This document shows, in pieces, positions 29,654-44,810 of a DNA stretch of 64,000 nucleotides. The notes under the pieces are model-generated. The model saw nothing but the letters and a program-made list of their open reading frames with translations. It did not search any database and was not told the DNA's origin. Every line of letters starts with the position of its first letter. Position 1 is the stretch's first letter. The stretch comes from the human T2T-CHM13v2.0 reference genome, Homo sapiens. Both the position numbers and the translations under genes were made by a program. The DNA is taken from the NCBI RefSeq assembly GCF_009914755.1, contig NC_060942.1, one strand, 5' to 3'.

Positions 29654-32600
29654 TCATATCCACAGTGGTCCCATTTTGCAGTCCACTTATATGTGTGGTG
29701 CCATGGAGAAAACTGCCTTCACCACATTCCTTTTGGGAGAAGCCTGTGGGTGTTTCGAAGCCTCCTCTGTGTAAGGGGGCTGGGACCTGAAGGTCATGGG
29801 CAGAGACAGAGGAGGGGTGGTCAGCTGGTCCTGTTCCCAGACTCCTTAGCTATGCTGAGCATTGGGGATAAGTCCAGCTGTGGCAACCGGAGGGCAAAAG
29901 CTCTTCTAGAGATGAACTTCTGAGTAACGGGAGGGGGTTTGAAATTCCCTGAGAGATGCTGAGAGGGAGTTAGATGAACCAGTAAGTCTGGGCTGCAGGA
30001 GAGGAGGCAGTAGAGGTGAGGCTCTGGGGGAGGAAAGGCTGTGGAGGGACTCAGGGACAAACATCTGGGATGCAGGCTCAAGGGGGTTTTGTGGGGGTTG
30101 TGATACAAGGCCCTAATCTGTATCCCTGAGTCTGTCTTCAGTCAAGTGGACATTCCACTCTTGTGTGCTGATTCTTTGAGGGGAGCTCAGTGAGGTGTGG
30201 ATCCTAGGCTTTGAATGAGATGGGGCCAAGACAGAGTTTGAATGTGGGAAGTTAGGATGGGAGCCTGAGGAGGGTGAGAGGGGACAGGTGACACTGAGGG
30301 ACACCTACTTTCCTTCTGAAAGATTTGCTGGGTGCAGGTGCCATGTGAGTCATTGTGCTGAGCCCTAGGAATCCAGAGATGAATAGAATAGGATGCCCTC
30401 TGCCCCCAGGACCCCACAGTCCAGGACAGCAAGAGGAGGGGATGGGTAATTCCAGCTCAGGTGGTGGGAACAACATCCTGTGTGAGGACTAGAGCCAGGC
30501 CTAGGAAGACAGACGTCTCCAGGTGTCAGCATTAAGCTGCAGCTGGGGGGCTGGGCTTTCCAGGCAGCTCAGGTAGGGAAAGACCATGGCCAAGGCAGCT
30601 GCAGGTAAATAGCAGCCAGTGGTGTGTGGCCGAAAGCAGATGTGGATGGGAGCAGTCCTGGGGTGCTGGCAATCCACTGGGTTCACCAGAGTAAGAATGG
30701 GCCCACCCTGAGATACAGCAATTCCACTTGTTTGCATCTGTCCTGGGGGAAGACCTTCACATTGCACAAGGATGTTTACCACAGATAATTTTTACAGTGG
30801 AAAATTGGAAGCCATCTGGGGTCCTGTGCTTGGGGAGTGGCTAAATAACTGGTAAAGCCTTTCCTGCAGAAAGTTGTGTGTGCAGTGGCTATAGAGAAGA
30901 GTCACCTCCAGCTATGTTTGAATACCCTGGCAGAGAGAGATTTCCAAGGCAGCCATGCACGCCAAGGGCAAGTTAAAGCAGTGTTTATATAGCATGATGC
31001 CTTTTATGTATAACAGTAATACCACGGAATGGCTTACCTATTTTCTATGGGTGCATGTACATGTAAGCACAGAAAATGTTTGGAAAGATGCTGAGGTAGA
31101 AGAGAGGGTGGGGCATGCTGGAAACTGCACTCAGTGGTCTACAGAGGGCACTCTGAACAGGCCAGTGGGGGTAGGCCATGAAGGTCTACAAATCCCATGA
31201 AGGACTCAGGGCAGATCTGGGACCCATGGGGAGCCTTTGCAGGCTTGCACTGAAAGAGTGACTGGTCAGTTTTGGACAGGTTAACTGAGGAAGCTGGAGG
31301 GTGGGTTGGATGGCAGGGCCTGGAGCAGAGAGACCATGCTGGCTCAGTGAGTGAGCTGAGATGAGGCAGGGCTGAGTGGAGACAGGGCAGACTTGGCTGA
31401 TCTAAGGTTATTTAGAAGGAAGACTCTGGAACCTGGCAATTGATTGGATGTGGGTGGGGAGGGGTTTCCAACAGGGAGAGGGGTGTCCAAGATGACTTCC
31501 ATATTCTGGAGTGATCAGAGAAATGGAAGCTTCTAGATGTTCAGCAGTGAACTTAAGGTCACATGGTTAGTAACTGAGCCAGAAGTTGGTCCAGCTCCCC
31601 TGATGGGGCGTCAAAACTGGAGGAAAACAGAAGAAAGGGATGGGGCAGAATGGGACAAAGATTTTTTCTTGTGACATAACAATTGCTGAGAGAGAGGAAA
31701 AAAAAAAAAACGGAATCTGAACGCAGAGGGGAATGGCTTGCATCACCTTCATTTATGCTTCCATTCATTTATTTACTTAATCCATATTTATTGAATGCCC
31801 ACTCTTTGCCAGAGTCTGTAAATAAAGCCATGCATAAAAATGGACCTCTCAGCTGAATGCTGTACATTGCTGCTTTTACAATGCATTTACCAGGCATCAA
31901 CACCAGGCGTCAACTAGGGCAGGGGACAGGTGAGCTTTCCCAAGACTTGACAACATCCAGCACAAAGAGCTACCTGCCTGCCAGACATGGTTCTAGACAC
32001 TTCACATTTTTTATTCAGTTGACCTTCACAGTAACTCAAAATTAACTCTTTTTTAGGGTGGAGGAAAAGGAGGCACATAGATGTTAAGTAACTTGTCTAA
32101 GATCACACAGCTAGTAAGTGTCAGAGCCACGATCTGAGCTCAGGTGACCTGCCCCTAGCATCTGGGGACCTGATAAATAATATCCCTAGTGTAGAGTCAG
32201 GGACAATCACATAAATCACTTGACCTTTTTGGCATTCTATTTTTGCAAGATGGAAAGAGGAGGATAGGACTCCTCCTACCTACTTTATAAGGGCAATGAA
32301 CAATTAGATCTCTTGTGGAACATGAATGTGTGTGTTTTAGATTATTTCTTCCTGGTACAACATGCTCTTACATCTTGTCCTGTTTTTCAGCCCAGAGGTC
32401 TAATTAGCAATCATATTACTATTCCTGCTTCAGATGCAGTAAACTGAAGTTAGAGGTAAATGGTTTCTATCTGGTTGGTGAAGCAGTGAATGGGAGTGCT
32501 GGGGGGTCTGACTCCTGGAGACCTGGCAGCCAGGCTGGGGCTCCTTCCACAGTCTCTGACTCACGGGGTCACCAGCCAGCTGCAGACCCACTTAGATGAC

Positions 32601-33735
32601 ACCCACCTTTCTAATCCCAGGGCTAATATCCTCCTCACTAGTAGAGTGGTTCAATATTAAGGGATATGCCTGGCTGAGGGTCAGGTTTAAGGAGACCCTT
32701 GATAAATACCCATTGGCTGATGTATGAAATCCCCAGACATGCACAGCCACAGGCAAGAGCACAGATCAGGTTAGGAGCCAATCCCCTTAACCTGATCTCC
32801 CTGTGGAGATAGCCTGGCCTGTGGGGATTTCAGGCAGATTTCAGTGCATGGAGAGGAGAAGGAAAGGAGGCTGAGGAGCAAGGGCGGGGAGGGGCAGGGG
32901 GCATGACAGAAAGGGCACAGACTGGGAGGAGTAGAGGCGGGGAGAGGGGAGCCAAGCTTGCGAGAAAGGAAGTTTAATAAAGCCCACCCTTAGAGACTCC
33001 TGTGTTTTTGTAAAATCAGTCTGTCAGAGCTGGAAGAGCCTTACACATCACCCAGTCATGTGGTTTTCAAGCCTTTTTATAGCCACAGAACCCTTTGCTT
33101 AACAGACGGCTTGCCTGGCACTGTGATCAACAGGCCAGGTCAAAGTGGATCCACCTGGGAGGGAGTGGGGTGTCCATCTGCACCTGTCTCCACCGCTCCC
33201 AAGGGCCTTGGAGCCACCTGGGGCTCTACACAACACAATTTAGCCAATTCATATCTGACCCTTCAATTTACAGATGAGGAAACTGAGGCCAGAGAAGTTG
33301 AAGCAGATAAGGAGTTGATAGCAGAACCAGGCCTCCAGATCCCCTCTCCACCCCACAGTTCAAGTCTCTGTCAGCACAGCCCCTGCCATTCTGCAGTGTT
33401 CACCTCCACGTTCATGAACCATGCACAGTGAACTGGATTTTCTGAAGATGACCCAGCCCCATCCAGCCAACAACCTCGAGCTCCAGCAGGCCTCCTGCTT
33501 GTCCAAGGCCGGCCTTCTGCTCCACCTCATCCCCTATGCAGGATCCAGGGTGGGTGCATCAGCTAGGAGAGGGGAATAAGGCACACTTGCAAGGGAAGGG
33601 CAAGGGCAGAGGCCCAAATGAGTGTGCACAATGCCCCATGGAGTTCCTGGATGTCCCCAGGAACCAAGAAGAGCTGGCACCTAGATCGCTGGGCCTGGAG
33701 AGGAGGGAAGGAGGGTAAACTCCGTGTGCCCCTCA

Positions 33736-34002
<267 letters not shown>

Positions 34003-37000
34003 TCAAGGGGTTAATGCCTTCCTTTTGTTTGCTCAATTATGCATACTCAGCTTCAAATCCATGTGGATTCTCCAGTGGGAACTGTGCTCATCTGATCTAG
34101 ACCCAGGTAGGCTCTATGAGACCCCAAAAATAGAAACTTTTTTCTAGCACCCCTCAAACCATCTATCTGCCCATATAGCTGCCTGCAGTGTACATGGGGA
34201 AAGACTCAGAAACTACCTGAGATGTGTCCACACTGTGGTCACTAAATCTACCTGCCATGATACATGGCAATAAAATGCCTTCCCATTTGAGGGTGACCAG
34301 TGTCAACACGAGATCCTTCTCAGTGGTTCACAGAAAGAAAATATTTTGTAAAGAACAGTTTCCCCTCTGTTCATTTCCTCACGTTCATTTATTCTCCAAC
34401 CCACTGCCACCCTCCCCTGCCCCAGCGGTTCAGGTCAACTCCTCACCGAAGCCACTGTGACTGCCGCCCTCTCCTTGGTCTCCTATGGCCCATAGGGAGG
34501 GCTCAGTAAATATGGGTGTGACAATTATTAAAAATTATTACGAAAAACAAAAACGCATGGTATCTTGTTTTTGTTCTGCTGTTTTTATTTAAGGAAAAAT
34601 AAAACATCTCCTTTCCTAACCTTCTCCTTACCAGGGAGACTCAAGTCTTGCATTTTTATGAAGGCTAAAAATTGGTTGGCCCCTCTGTGTATCCTCTGTC
34701 TTTGGAGATTTTGAGTTTCAGGCCAAGGAAGAGGGAACTTGGCTGGATTATCCCCAAGGTGAGAAATGGAAGCTGAAAGGCAGAGGTGGCCAAAGTGGAA
34801 GGAAGGTTAACTTCCCTTGTCCTGGGAGGGAGTGAGGATTCGGGAGTATTCGTGGGCCACAGGGACCCCTCACCTGCACACAGGGACCCTATAGGGAAGT
34901 GACAGCTGGGCTTCTTTACAGACTTGAAGCTTGAAGGGGGCCTCAAGGGTAGAACAGAGGGCCTTTTGACAAAGCCAGATTCATGCAGGAGTGTTTCTGG
35001 CCACCCAGAGAAATGATACTTGTGTGTTGGTGGAGAGCCAGTAGTGACACTGTGTGACAGCGAGCACAGCTGGGAGTGGCACTCATCCTGGACTAAGGGC
35101 CAGGCCTCTACTGTGAGCCTCAGGATTCCTAGAAGACCCTCAAAAAGGGGATTCCCCTCCCTGCCGTGAATGAGATGGCCTGTCTTATCAGCCCTTGCAA
35201 GTGGGCTCAGAACCACATTTAATTAAATTTAGAAAAGTAAAGTGATGTGAGTTGCTTGTCCCCATGGCTGTAGAACACAGTGACACCCACAGCAGGGTTC
35301 CCATGATTTTCTTATTTTCCCCTGGGTTCTGCAGCATTATTCCCTCCTGCTCTCCTTCTGTGTGGCTGGACACTCCTTCATGGGTAGCTTTATGGTTTCC
35401 TAATCTTCCACCCATGCCTTGGATGCCAAGGCCTCCCAGGTTCCACCCATATTCCTCAGCTCTCATCTTGCACTTCCTTGAGTTCTCTGAGTCTTTGCCT
35501 CCAACCCAGGTCCTTCCTTTGCTTCGGATCCGCACACTTATTACCTAGAGGGCGTCTCCACGTTGACCAGACTCCAACATTGCAAACTCACATGTTCAAA
35601 CCTAAACTCTACCCTCTCCTGCAACCCCTGTCCCTTTTGCAAACCTTCTCCCCAACCATCTTCCTTGTCTCAGTGGTCCTGCCCAAGCCACTACCCTCCA
35701 AAGCTCCTGAGTGCATTGTGAGAGTTGACCTGCAGAGGCTGGTCAGAGACACCGCCAGGGGCAGAAACCAGGGACCAGCCACACTTGCTCCCACCCCACT
35801 CTGCCCCACTCAGCTCAGTGCAAAAACCTGTCAGCATTTCACACACTACATTAATAAAGAAAATCCTCTCTTTATTGTCTAAATGTTACCTAAGCTTGTC
35901 TTGCTAATACTGACCTGCGGTGACATTAGGAAACTTGTCATAGTTTAGACACAACAGTTGACGGTCTCCCCCCTCATTTTCCCCCTCATCCATTTTCTAG
36001 CTGTGCATTTGGGCCTGCTCCACATGTGAGCTAATCACAGGTGGCATGGGCCTATAGGGACACCTTTTCTAGGAGCCTGTGTCCCAGAGCAGGATGCTGT
36101 GTCCCCAGGGGCTGGGATGAAATGGCCTCCTCACTCCCCCTTTCTGCTTTCTCCAGTCCTCTGGGAATTAGGAAAACTGATTCAGCTTCTGAATGCTGAG
36201 CAATGCAGTAGTGCAGTCAGAGCCAGCTATTTCTGGATCCTCCTCCCTCCCCGTCCCACCCAGGCCACCCGGTGCATCCATGGAGAGATGTTTCCCTAGA
36301 AACATCACTGAGCTCAGAGTGAGTTTTGTGGTGTGTTATCCACACAGAACAGCCCAAGTGCTCTCCTGGGACAGCATTCCAGGGCATCCTCTGGGGTCCA
36401 AGTTGAGAAGGAAGTTATCCCCAGATTTAATAGCAAAGACTATGTGGAGAAAAGGATAGGAGTAGGGGAGTCACACTATTGAGGCAACACTCGTTTTTAT
36501 TTCTGGGCGACAACTCAGGTTAAAGGAAAGGCAGAGCTATAGCTGTTTTACTTCTGGTGACAAAAAAGGAAGATGGTGTTTGTCTTTTGTCTTTTGGGTG
36601 TCTTATCCACTTGGTGGGCAGAAAGACCTGTCTTCCTGTCTCCATAAGGGGCCCAGAATTTTAAATTTTACTCCAGTTTTTCCAAGAAGACAACACAACA
36701 AATTTAAGGTGGATTTTCAAGCTCTTGGAGCTTCTTTGATCTGTGTAGGCTGCCCTGCTAGAGAGATCCACTGTATTCTTTTTCTATCATCAGGGGTAGA
36801 AAGTCTGTTTTTTGCAAATGAATTTGACTTTGAAACAGCTCAAGATAATTCAGAGCTGAATGGCTCATGAATAACATGGGGATTGACATGGACGATGCCA
36901 TTGCTGGTCAAAACAGAGGTATGACTCTGTCCATATGTTCTGGGAAAAGTGTGTGTGTGTGTGTGTCTGTATGTGTACACATATACAATGTAGAAAGAGA

Positions 37001-37622
37001 GGAGAAGAGAAGGCTGAGGACTGAGCCTTGAGGAATACTATCTAGCATGAGAAAAGAAACCAGCACTCTAAACACTTCAGAGAGGTAGGAAGAGAACTAG
37101 AATATGGTGGTATCACCAAAAGCAAAGGAGGAGGAAGTACAAGGAGTGGCCAGTCTGATGCAAATCCTTCAGAGAAAACCACATTGATGAAGAATGGACG
37201 TGTTAACCAGCCCATCCAGAAATTCATGACCTTGGACATTCTAGAGCCATGCCAAACTACTGAGAACAAATACACAATGGTTCCAGTTACATATAAATCA
37301 AGAAGGTTTCTTGATTCATACTAAGTTGGGACAGCTAAGTCCAGCAAGAGCAGAGAGGCCAAAGCCAGTGATTGGTAGCAAATAAATGAATAGTAGGGAG
37401 AAAACAGGGACGAGGATAAACCAGGAACAGGATTCCCGTTATCTGGATGTATTATCCCAATGTCAGACCAGGGAAGAATTTTAGCACAAACCTTGGAGTG
37501 AGACAGCTGAGACTTTGAAGACTAGCTCGGCCATCTATTAGCTGTGTGCACTTAGGCAGATTATGCAACCTCTGTGAGCCTCAGTGGCCCTCTCTAGAGA
37601 GTGGAGGTAACAACAGACCCTA

Positions 37623-37955
<333 letters not shown>

Positions 37956-38203
37956 TCAATACTCATGGAGACCAAGGACAAGGATCATGGGGCCCCATAA
38001 ATAATGTAAAAGCCACAGGAGAGCCCCTTGCCCCAATTTCAGTAGATCAGTCTTAAAGACTTGCACAACCACATCAGAGTTTGGCTCTGAAAGGCTGGAG
38101 TTCCCAGGGTCACTTAAAAATAGGTATCTGAACTCCATCCTGGAGACTCAGATTCAGTGGGTAAGAGGAGGGGGGTGCTCTGTATTTAAAAATTGCTCCC
38201 TCT

Positions 38204-38485
38204 GGCTGGGCATGGTGGCTCATGCCTGTAATCTCAGCACTTTGAGAGGCCAAGGCGGGTGGATTACCTGATGTCAGGATTTCAAGACCAGCTTGGCCAA
38301 CATGGTGAAACCCCATCTCTACTAACAAAATATAAAAATTAGTCGGGCGTGGTGGCGTGCGCCTGTAGTCCTAGCTACTTGGGAGGCTGAGGCGGGAGAA
38401 TTGCTTGAACCCAGAAGGCAGAGCACTGTTGCACTCCAGCCTGGGTGATGGAGCAAGACTCCATCTCAAAAAAATAAAATAAAAT
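38204..38485 (+). mobile_element. AluS with small right-arm deletion, in a MER5-like relic
   Basis: TSD aaaattgctccctct on both sides; the gttgcagtgagccgagat segment is missing. Confidence 0.93.
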
Positions 38486-38887
38486 AAAATTGCTCCCTCT
38501 TCATTCATATCCATAGCTATGGCTGAGATCTATCTCCTAGGTTTATACTTTTGTGGCTTCAGAATGTTTTTAAAGTTGTCTGGGGTGGATTTTCTATGTG
38601 AGTTGACCTTGAGTTACAGGAAGGGCACTCTGGTCAATCACTAGTAATATGGCCTTGGAGGTGGGGAGGAGAAACATGCCCAGACCCTCCTCCTCAACCA
38701 CGAAACCAGGTTCTAGAAAATTCTGCTTGGGACCAGAGCTTGTTTCTGCACTCTGAGTGAACTGGGTGAATTTTCATTATGAGATTTTTATCTCAATAAG
38801 GCTGATCTAGCCAGTAGGTCCTCACAGGGAATTTGCCTTGAACCTGCTCTGGAAAGGGACAAAAGAAACAGCAGGACAGACCAGTCA

Positions 38888-39139
<252 letters not shown>

Positions 39140-40112
39140 CTATCCAGCCAGGCCAGCTCCCATTGTCCTTGACACACACGCCATGCTTATGCCTCATGTC
39201 CCCTCTCTTAAAGTCAGCCTTGACTCCAGAACTTGGTTTAATCCACCTTCTCTGGGAGGGGGACCCCTCTTCAGCATGGAGCCCAGCTCCCCATCTGCCA
39301 CTGCTCACTGTTGTAGCAACTCATCCCCTGTGTGAGAACTGAACTGGGTAGCAGAAGATGAGTTCTGGCTGTGCCATGCTCCTGTCTTGCCAAGTGGACT
39401 TATTCAAGGCCCCAGGCCCCTAAGAGTCCCCCACCTTCCAGCCACTCCTTTTCTGTGCTCCCACATAGAAATGCCAGTCCCTAGAACTCCACATTCCTTG
39501 CCACGGGGCCTTTGCACATGCTTTGCTTGCCTCTCTGCCTTCCTCTTCTTTACCTAACCCATACCTGCTCAACCTCGTAATCCAGGTCTCAACTCAATGA
39601 TCACTTCCTCAGGAAAGCCCTTAACCTCCCCGAGAAAGTTAATTTTCTTCATGACAGGCTCTTGTTGCATAGTGGAGCCCCTCCTTGGAGTACTTCTCAT
39701 AGTTGTAAGTTTTCATTTATTTGTGTGACACCTACCATCTCTTTCACCACTGAGAACCACAAGGCAGGCACCATTTTGCTCTGCATTGTATCCCAAAAAC
39801 CTAGAACAGTGCCCATGACCTAGGTACTCAATAAGCATTGGTTGCAAGGACAAAAGAGTGTTTCCTTAGCTGCAAAATGGGTACGATAAAATCAGCCAGG
39901 CCTTCTCATAATGCGGTGGTGAGCCTTAACCACGATGGTGTGCATGAAAGTCCCCTGAAAAAAAAAAGCTGATACATGTGTGCCAGGTGAGCCCCTGAAC
40001 TGGGCGGGGGATGGGGCAGCTACAACATCTTCTCTCTCCCACCTGGAGCCTCCAGGTATGGGATGCAGAGGAGAATCTCTGGCTTCTGTGACCTTAATCC
40101 TCTAAGCACTAA

Positions 40113-40445
<333 letters not shown>

Positions 40446-40589
40446 TAACGCCTCAGAGAGCAATGTGGCCTTTAGGGGACAGCTACTCATGGTTGGTGGG
40501 CCTCAGAGAAAGACTCAGAGGACATCAACATCAGAAGGGACCCTAGTATTCTGGAAGGTGAAAGAATTAGGCAGAGAAGTCTCTGGAAC

Positions 40590-40805
40590 TGAACTTCTTG
40601 AGTCTAGATCCCAGCTCTGCTGTTTTAAGACACCTTGAGTAAGTCTGCTTAACCTTTCTGCACTTTATTTCCTCATCTGTAAAATGGGATGATCATACTA
40701 ACTACGTCTTGGAAATGTTATAAAGATTAAATGAGTTGATACACATCAGGTCCTTAGAACTGTGCTGGCCCTTGGATGTTCTCAATAACTCTTAGCTATT
40801 ATTGT
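40590..40805 (+). mobile_element. MIR
   Basis: gatcccagctctgc...tttcctcatctgtaaaatgggat...ttagctattatt. Confidence 0.8.
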
Positions 40806-42492
40806 TCTTTTCCTGGTCAACATCTTTTCTTAGGAGGGGGCCACAGAGAGAGGAAGCGGCTTCCTCCTGAGATAGTGGCTGAGCCAGAATCAGATCCAGG
40901 GTTACCGACTCCGCAATTCAGCGTTTTACCTCCTACCTGAAAATCAATCAGAAAAGGGAAGTGCAGAGAGAGGGACACAGGTGGGCAGAGAGACAGAGGC
41001 CAGGAGACAAAGCCCTTTCATTTGTTTCCCAGCTCTCACACTCCCCCCAAATCCAGAGAGATTTGAAAAGAAAAAAAAATAGCAACAAAATTACTGGCAA
41101 ATTATAGCTGTCTATTAGTGGGGACTTCATTGATAAAAACTCCCCGGAAGTCATGCCGAGGTGTGATCACAGCCTCAGCCGCTGACGGCATCAGGCCTGG
41201 ATGACTCACGCACCATGACATCTTGGGTGGATGAGATGTTAGCTTTGTGTGGATTAATGAATCACCCTTAAATTTTCTCGTTAAAAGACTCAGCAAAGGT
41301 GACAGACCTTCCCACAAGTGCTGACTGCTCCAGAGAAGGTGGGAAGAGAGCAAGGCATCCCCCGGGATAGAGACTGGCCCAGGAAGAAGGAAGGTGCCCT
41401 GGGCTTTGTTTCCTATCAGAAAATAAGGGGCACATCTCCAAAGATCCCACTGCCTGGAGGGCCCAGCCTTCTGAGGCTCCTGGCTCTTCTCCTTCAGGGT
41501 CTCCTGCGCTTCCCCTCTAAGTCTTGCTTCATTATTGCCATCTATCCAAGTTACATCACACTCCTCCCATGGCTTCTACTCAAACCTCAAGCCACATGCT
41601 TATTTCCACCTCTGAGCTGTTGGCCATGCTGTTCCCTCTGCTAGGAATGCCTTTCCTCCTTGTCCCTGCTAATGCCCCCTTTCAGATCCAACTCAAAGCC
41701 ACCTCTTCCAAGGAGCATTCTCCCTTCTCTAAACAGTGATAGTAAGCTCAGTCCATTTGCTTGTCTACTGCAGTAGCTAACTAAGAGTGCATATTCCAGA
41801 GCCAGTCCTCCTGGGTTTCAATCCTGCTCCCACTACATCCTAGCTGTGTGGTTTTAGGGAAGCAACTAAACCTCATGCCCCAGTTTCCCCATATTTACAC
41901 AGGGACAATTATAGCACAGAGTTTTTATGATAATTAAGTGGGTTAGCCTATGACAGTGCCCTCTGACCCACAGGGTCCATGACAATGACCATCACCAGAC
42001 TCTCTCATTACCTTTGTTGGGAGGACTGGGGTCCCCAACTTGACCGTAAGCCCCTCTCAGGCAGGATCTGAGCTCTCCCCTTCTCTTGTGTCTCCCACCC
42101 AACCTAGTGCACAGCTGAGCACACAGGGCAGGCACAGTGTGCATGCACTAAATTGAAGTATATGGATTCCAAGGCATTATGACCTACATGCACAGTAAAC
42201 ACTGAACAACAGCACCTCCATTGTCAAGACCTGATGGGAAGCCATGGAACATACAGAATGCTCTTCTCTATTAAATTGTTTGACCATAGCTTGAGAGCTG
42301 AGCAGGAGACCCTAGCCCATGACCACTGGTGGTGGGATTTCCACCTCTCCCTGGCTAGCAGTATCAGCAGAACCCCACAACCAGCAAGTCTGGGAGCTAT
42401 GTTCCACCTGTGGATAAGTGTCTATTGTTGGAAGCTCTAGAGAGGCCCGTTGGCTTTATGCCTCTAGTGTTCCCAAGTCCTGTCTCTCATCA

Positions 42493-42912
<420 letters not shown>

Positions 42913-43056
42913 TCAGAGGGCAAAGCCAGAGTGGATGAGAGAACAGAAAACAAACATGGTGAGAGCCAGTTCTTCACCAGCACAACCAGCCCAGACCCTT
43001 GCACTGGGGAACTGCTGCCCGGGGAACTGCTGCTCAGGGACCTGGACCTTCACAAG

Positions 43057-43069
43057 GTTGCCTAGCAAC
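43057..43069. promoter_or_regulatory. RFX X-box motif GTTGCCTAGCAAC (function untested)
   Basis: Exact match to the classical EP/EF-C RFX-binding inverted repeat. Confidence 0.5.
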
Positions 43070-43740
43070 TGCAGGTGGGGTCCTGTCCTGCCCCGCCCCC
43101 ATGGAAAACCCTCACCCCCTCAGACCAGGGTGTGTGAGCCTCTCACATGCCAGAGCACATGTAGCAGACTGGTTGAAAGCACAGGCTTCAGAATTTGACA
43201 AGCCCAGGCTGGAATCCCAGCTCTGTCTTGACCATTGGTGTAATCTGGGCAAGTTAATTCTGAGCCTCAGTGTCCATTGTCTGTAAAGTGCCCTCGACAT
43301 GGTGCTTGGCTGAAGAGACTCCACAAACAAGAGCACTAGATTTCAGGGGGCAACTTGCTGACTGGATCGGCCAGTCTACGGTAGTGAGCATTCTTTCACT
43401 CTTCTCCGTATCCCCTGCTCCCAGTCTCTCACTTGCTCCCAGATGGCCTGCCTGCCCCAACCCATCCACCTCACACCCAGCCCCTCATTCAGGTTCCGTC
43501 ACATTACACACATCTTTTATAGGGGAGAGGATAGCAGGAGGCGAGGGCTGCACCAGGGTTTATTGGTCCCACCAGGGACTATCTCCCCTAGAAAGAGGGT
43601 TGACAAATCAGTGCTGTTAGCAAGCAGCTTCCTGGTGGGCAGCCACCGGTGTGAACAGAGACCAGTATGTCTCTATGCATGGGTGGAAGACCTTTGCTTC
43701 AGAAACTTTTGGGGATGCTTGTTAAAAATACAGATTTGCA

Positions 43741-44091
<351 letters not shown>

Positions 44092-44559
44092 TTAACTCAT
44101 ACTTTATACTAAAGTTTGAGACCACCTGAAACAATGTATTGCTATAGTAACTATAGGTTAGTTCATTAGCAGGTTGTGAAATGAGTTTAGTGGGTTGTCA
44201 ACAGTATTTTTTAAAATATGTGGAATTGAAAAAATCTAATAGAAAAATATCACTGTATATCACACATAATGAGAGTACAATTTTTGTGACATTTTTATTT
44301 TTTGCATATGCGTATAAATGTGTACAATTGCTCTGGGTCACAGTAACTAAAAAAAAATTTAAGAAAAAAAAGAAGAATATTGAAAACCCAGAGAAACAGT
44401 TCAAGTGGATGTCTACTCTATCCTGTAGTCTTGGCCCTTGAAAGGAGTCACAATACAAGCTTCCTTCTCTCTTGTGGCCCTAACCTTCTCCAGATGAAGA
44501 CGTTGCTTTCATTTATCATCATAGCTACTTTGCTGTAGGGCTGTAGTAGTGATACTTGC

Positions 44560-44810
44560 AGTAGTAATAGTAGTAATAGTTATCACTTATTAAGACTTCC
44601 TACATGTCAGACTCTGTACTGAGCATGCTATGGTCCTTACCTCCTTTAACCCTCACAATGACTTGAGGGAGTAGGTATTATTACACTCCATTTTACAAAT
44701 GAGAAAACCAAGGCTCAGAGAGGTGAAGTAACTTGCCCAAAGTCACATGGTAGAACTTGAACTCAAACCCAGGCTTGCCTGACCTTAAAGCGTGCATTGC
44801 CAGCCTCTAG
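44560..44810 (-). mobile_element. MIR
   Basis: ccattttacaaatgagaaaaccaaggctcagagaggtgaagtaacttgcccaaagtcaca. Confidence 0.85.

Noticed and set aside
35540-35770. CTCF-like sites (cctagagggcg, ccgccaggggcag)
   Set aside because: Only partial matches; cannot be supported without motif scoring or ChIP data
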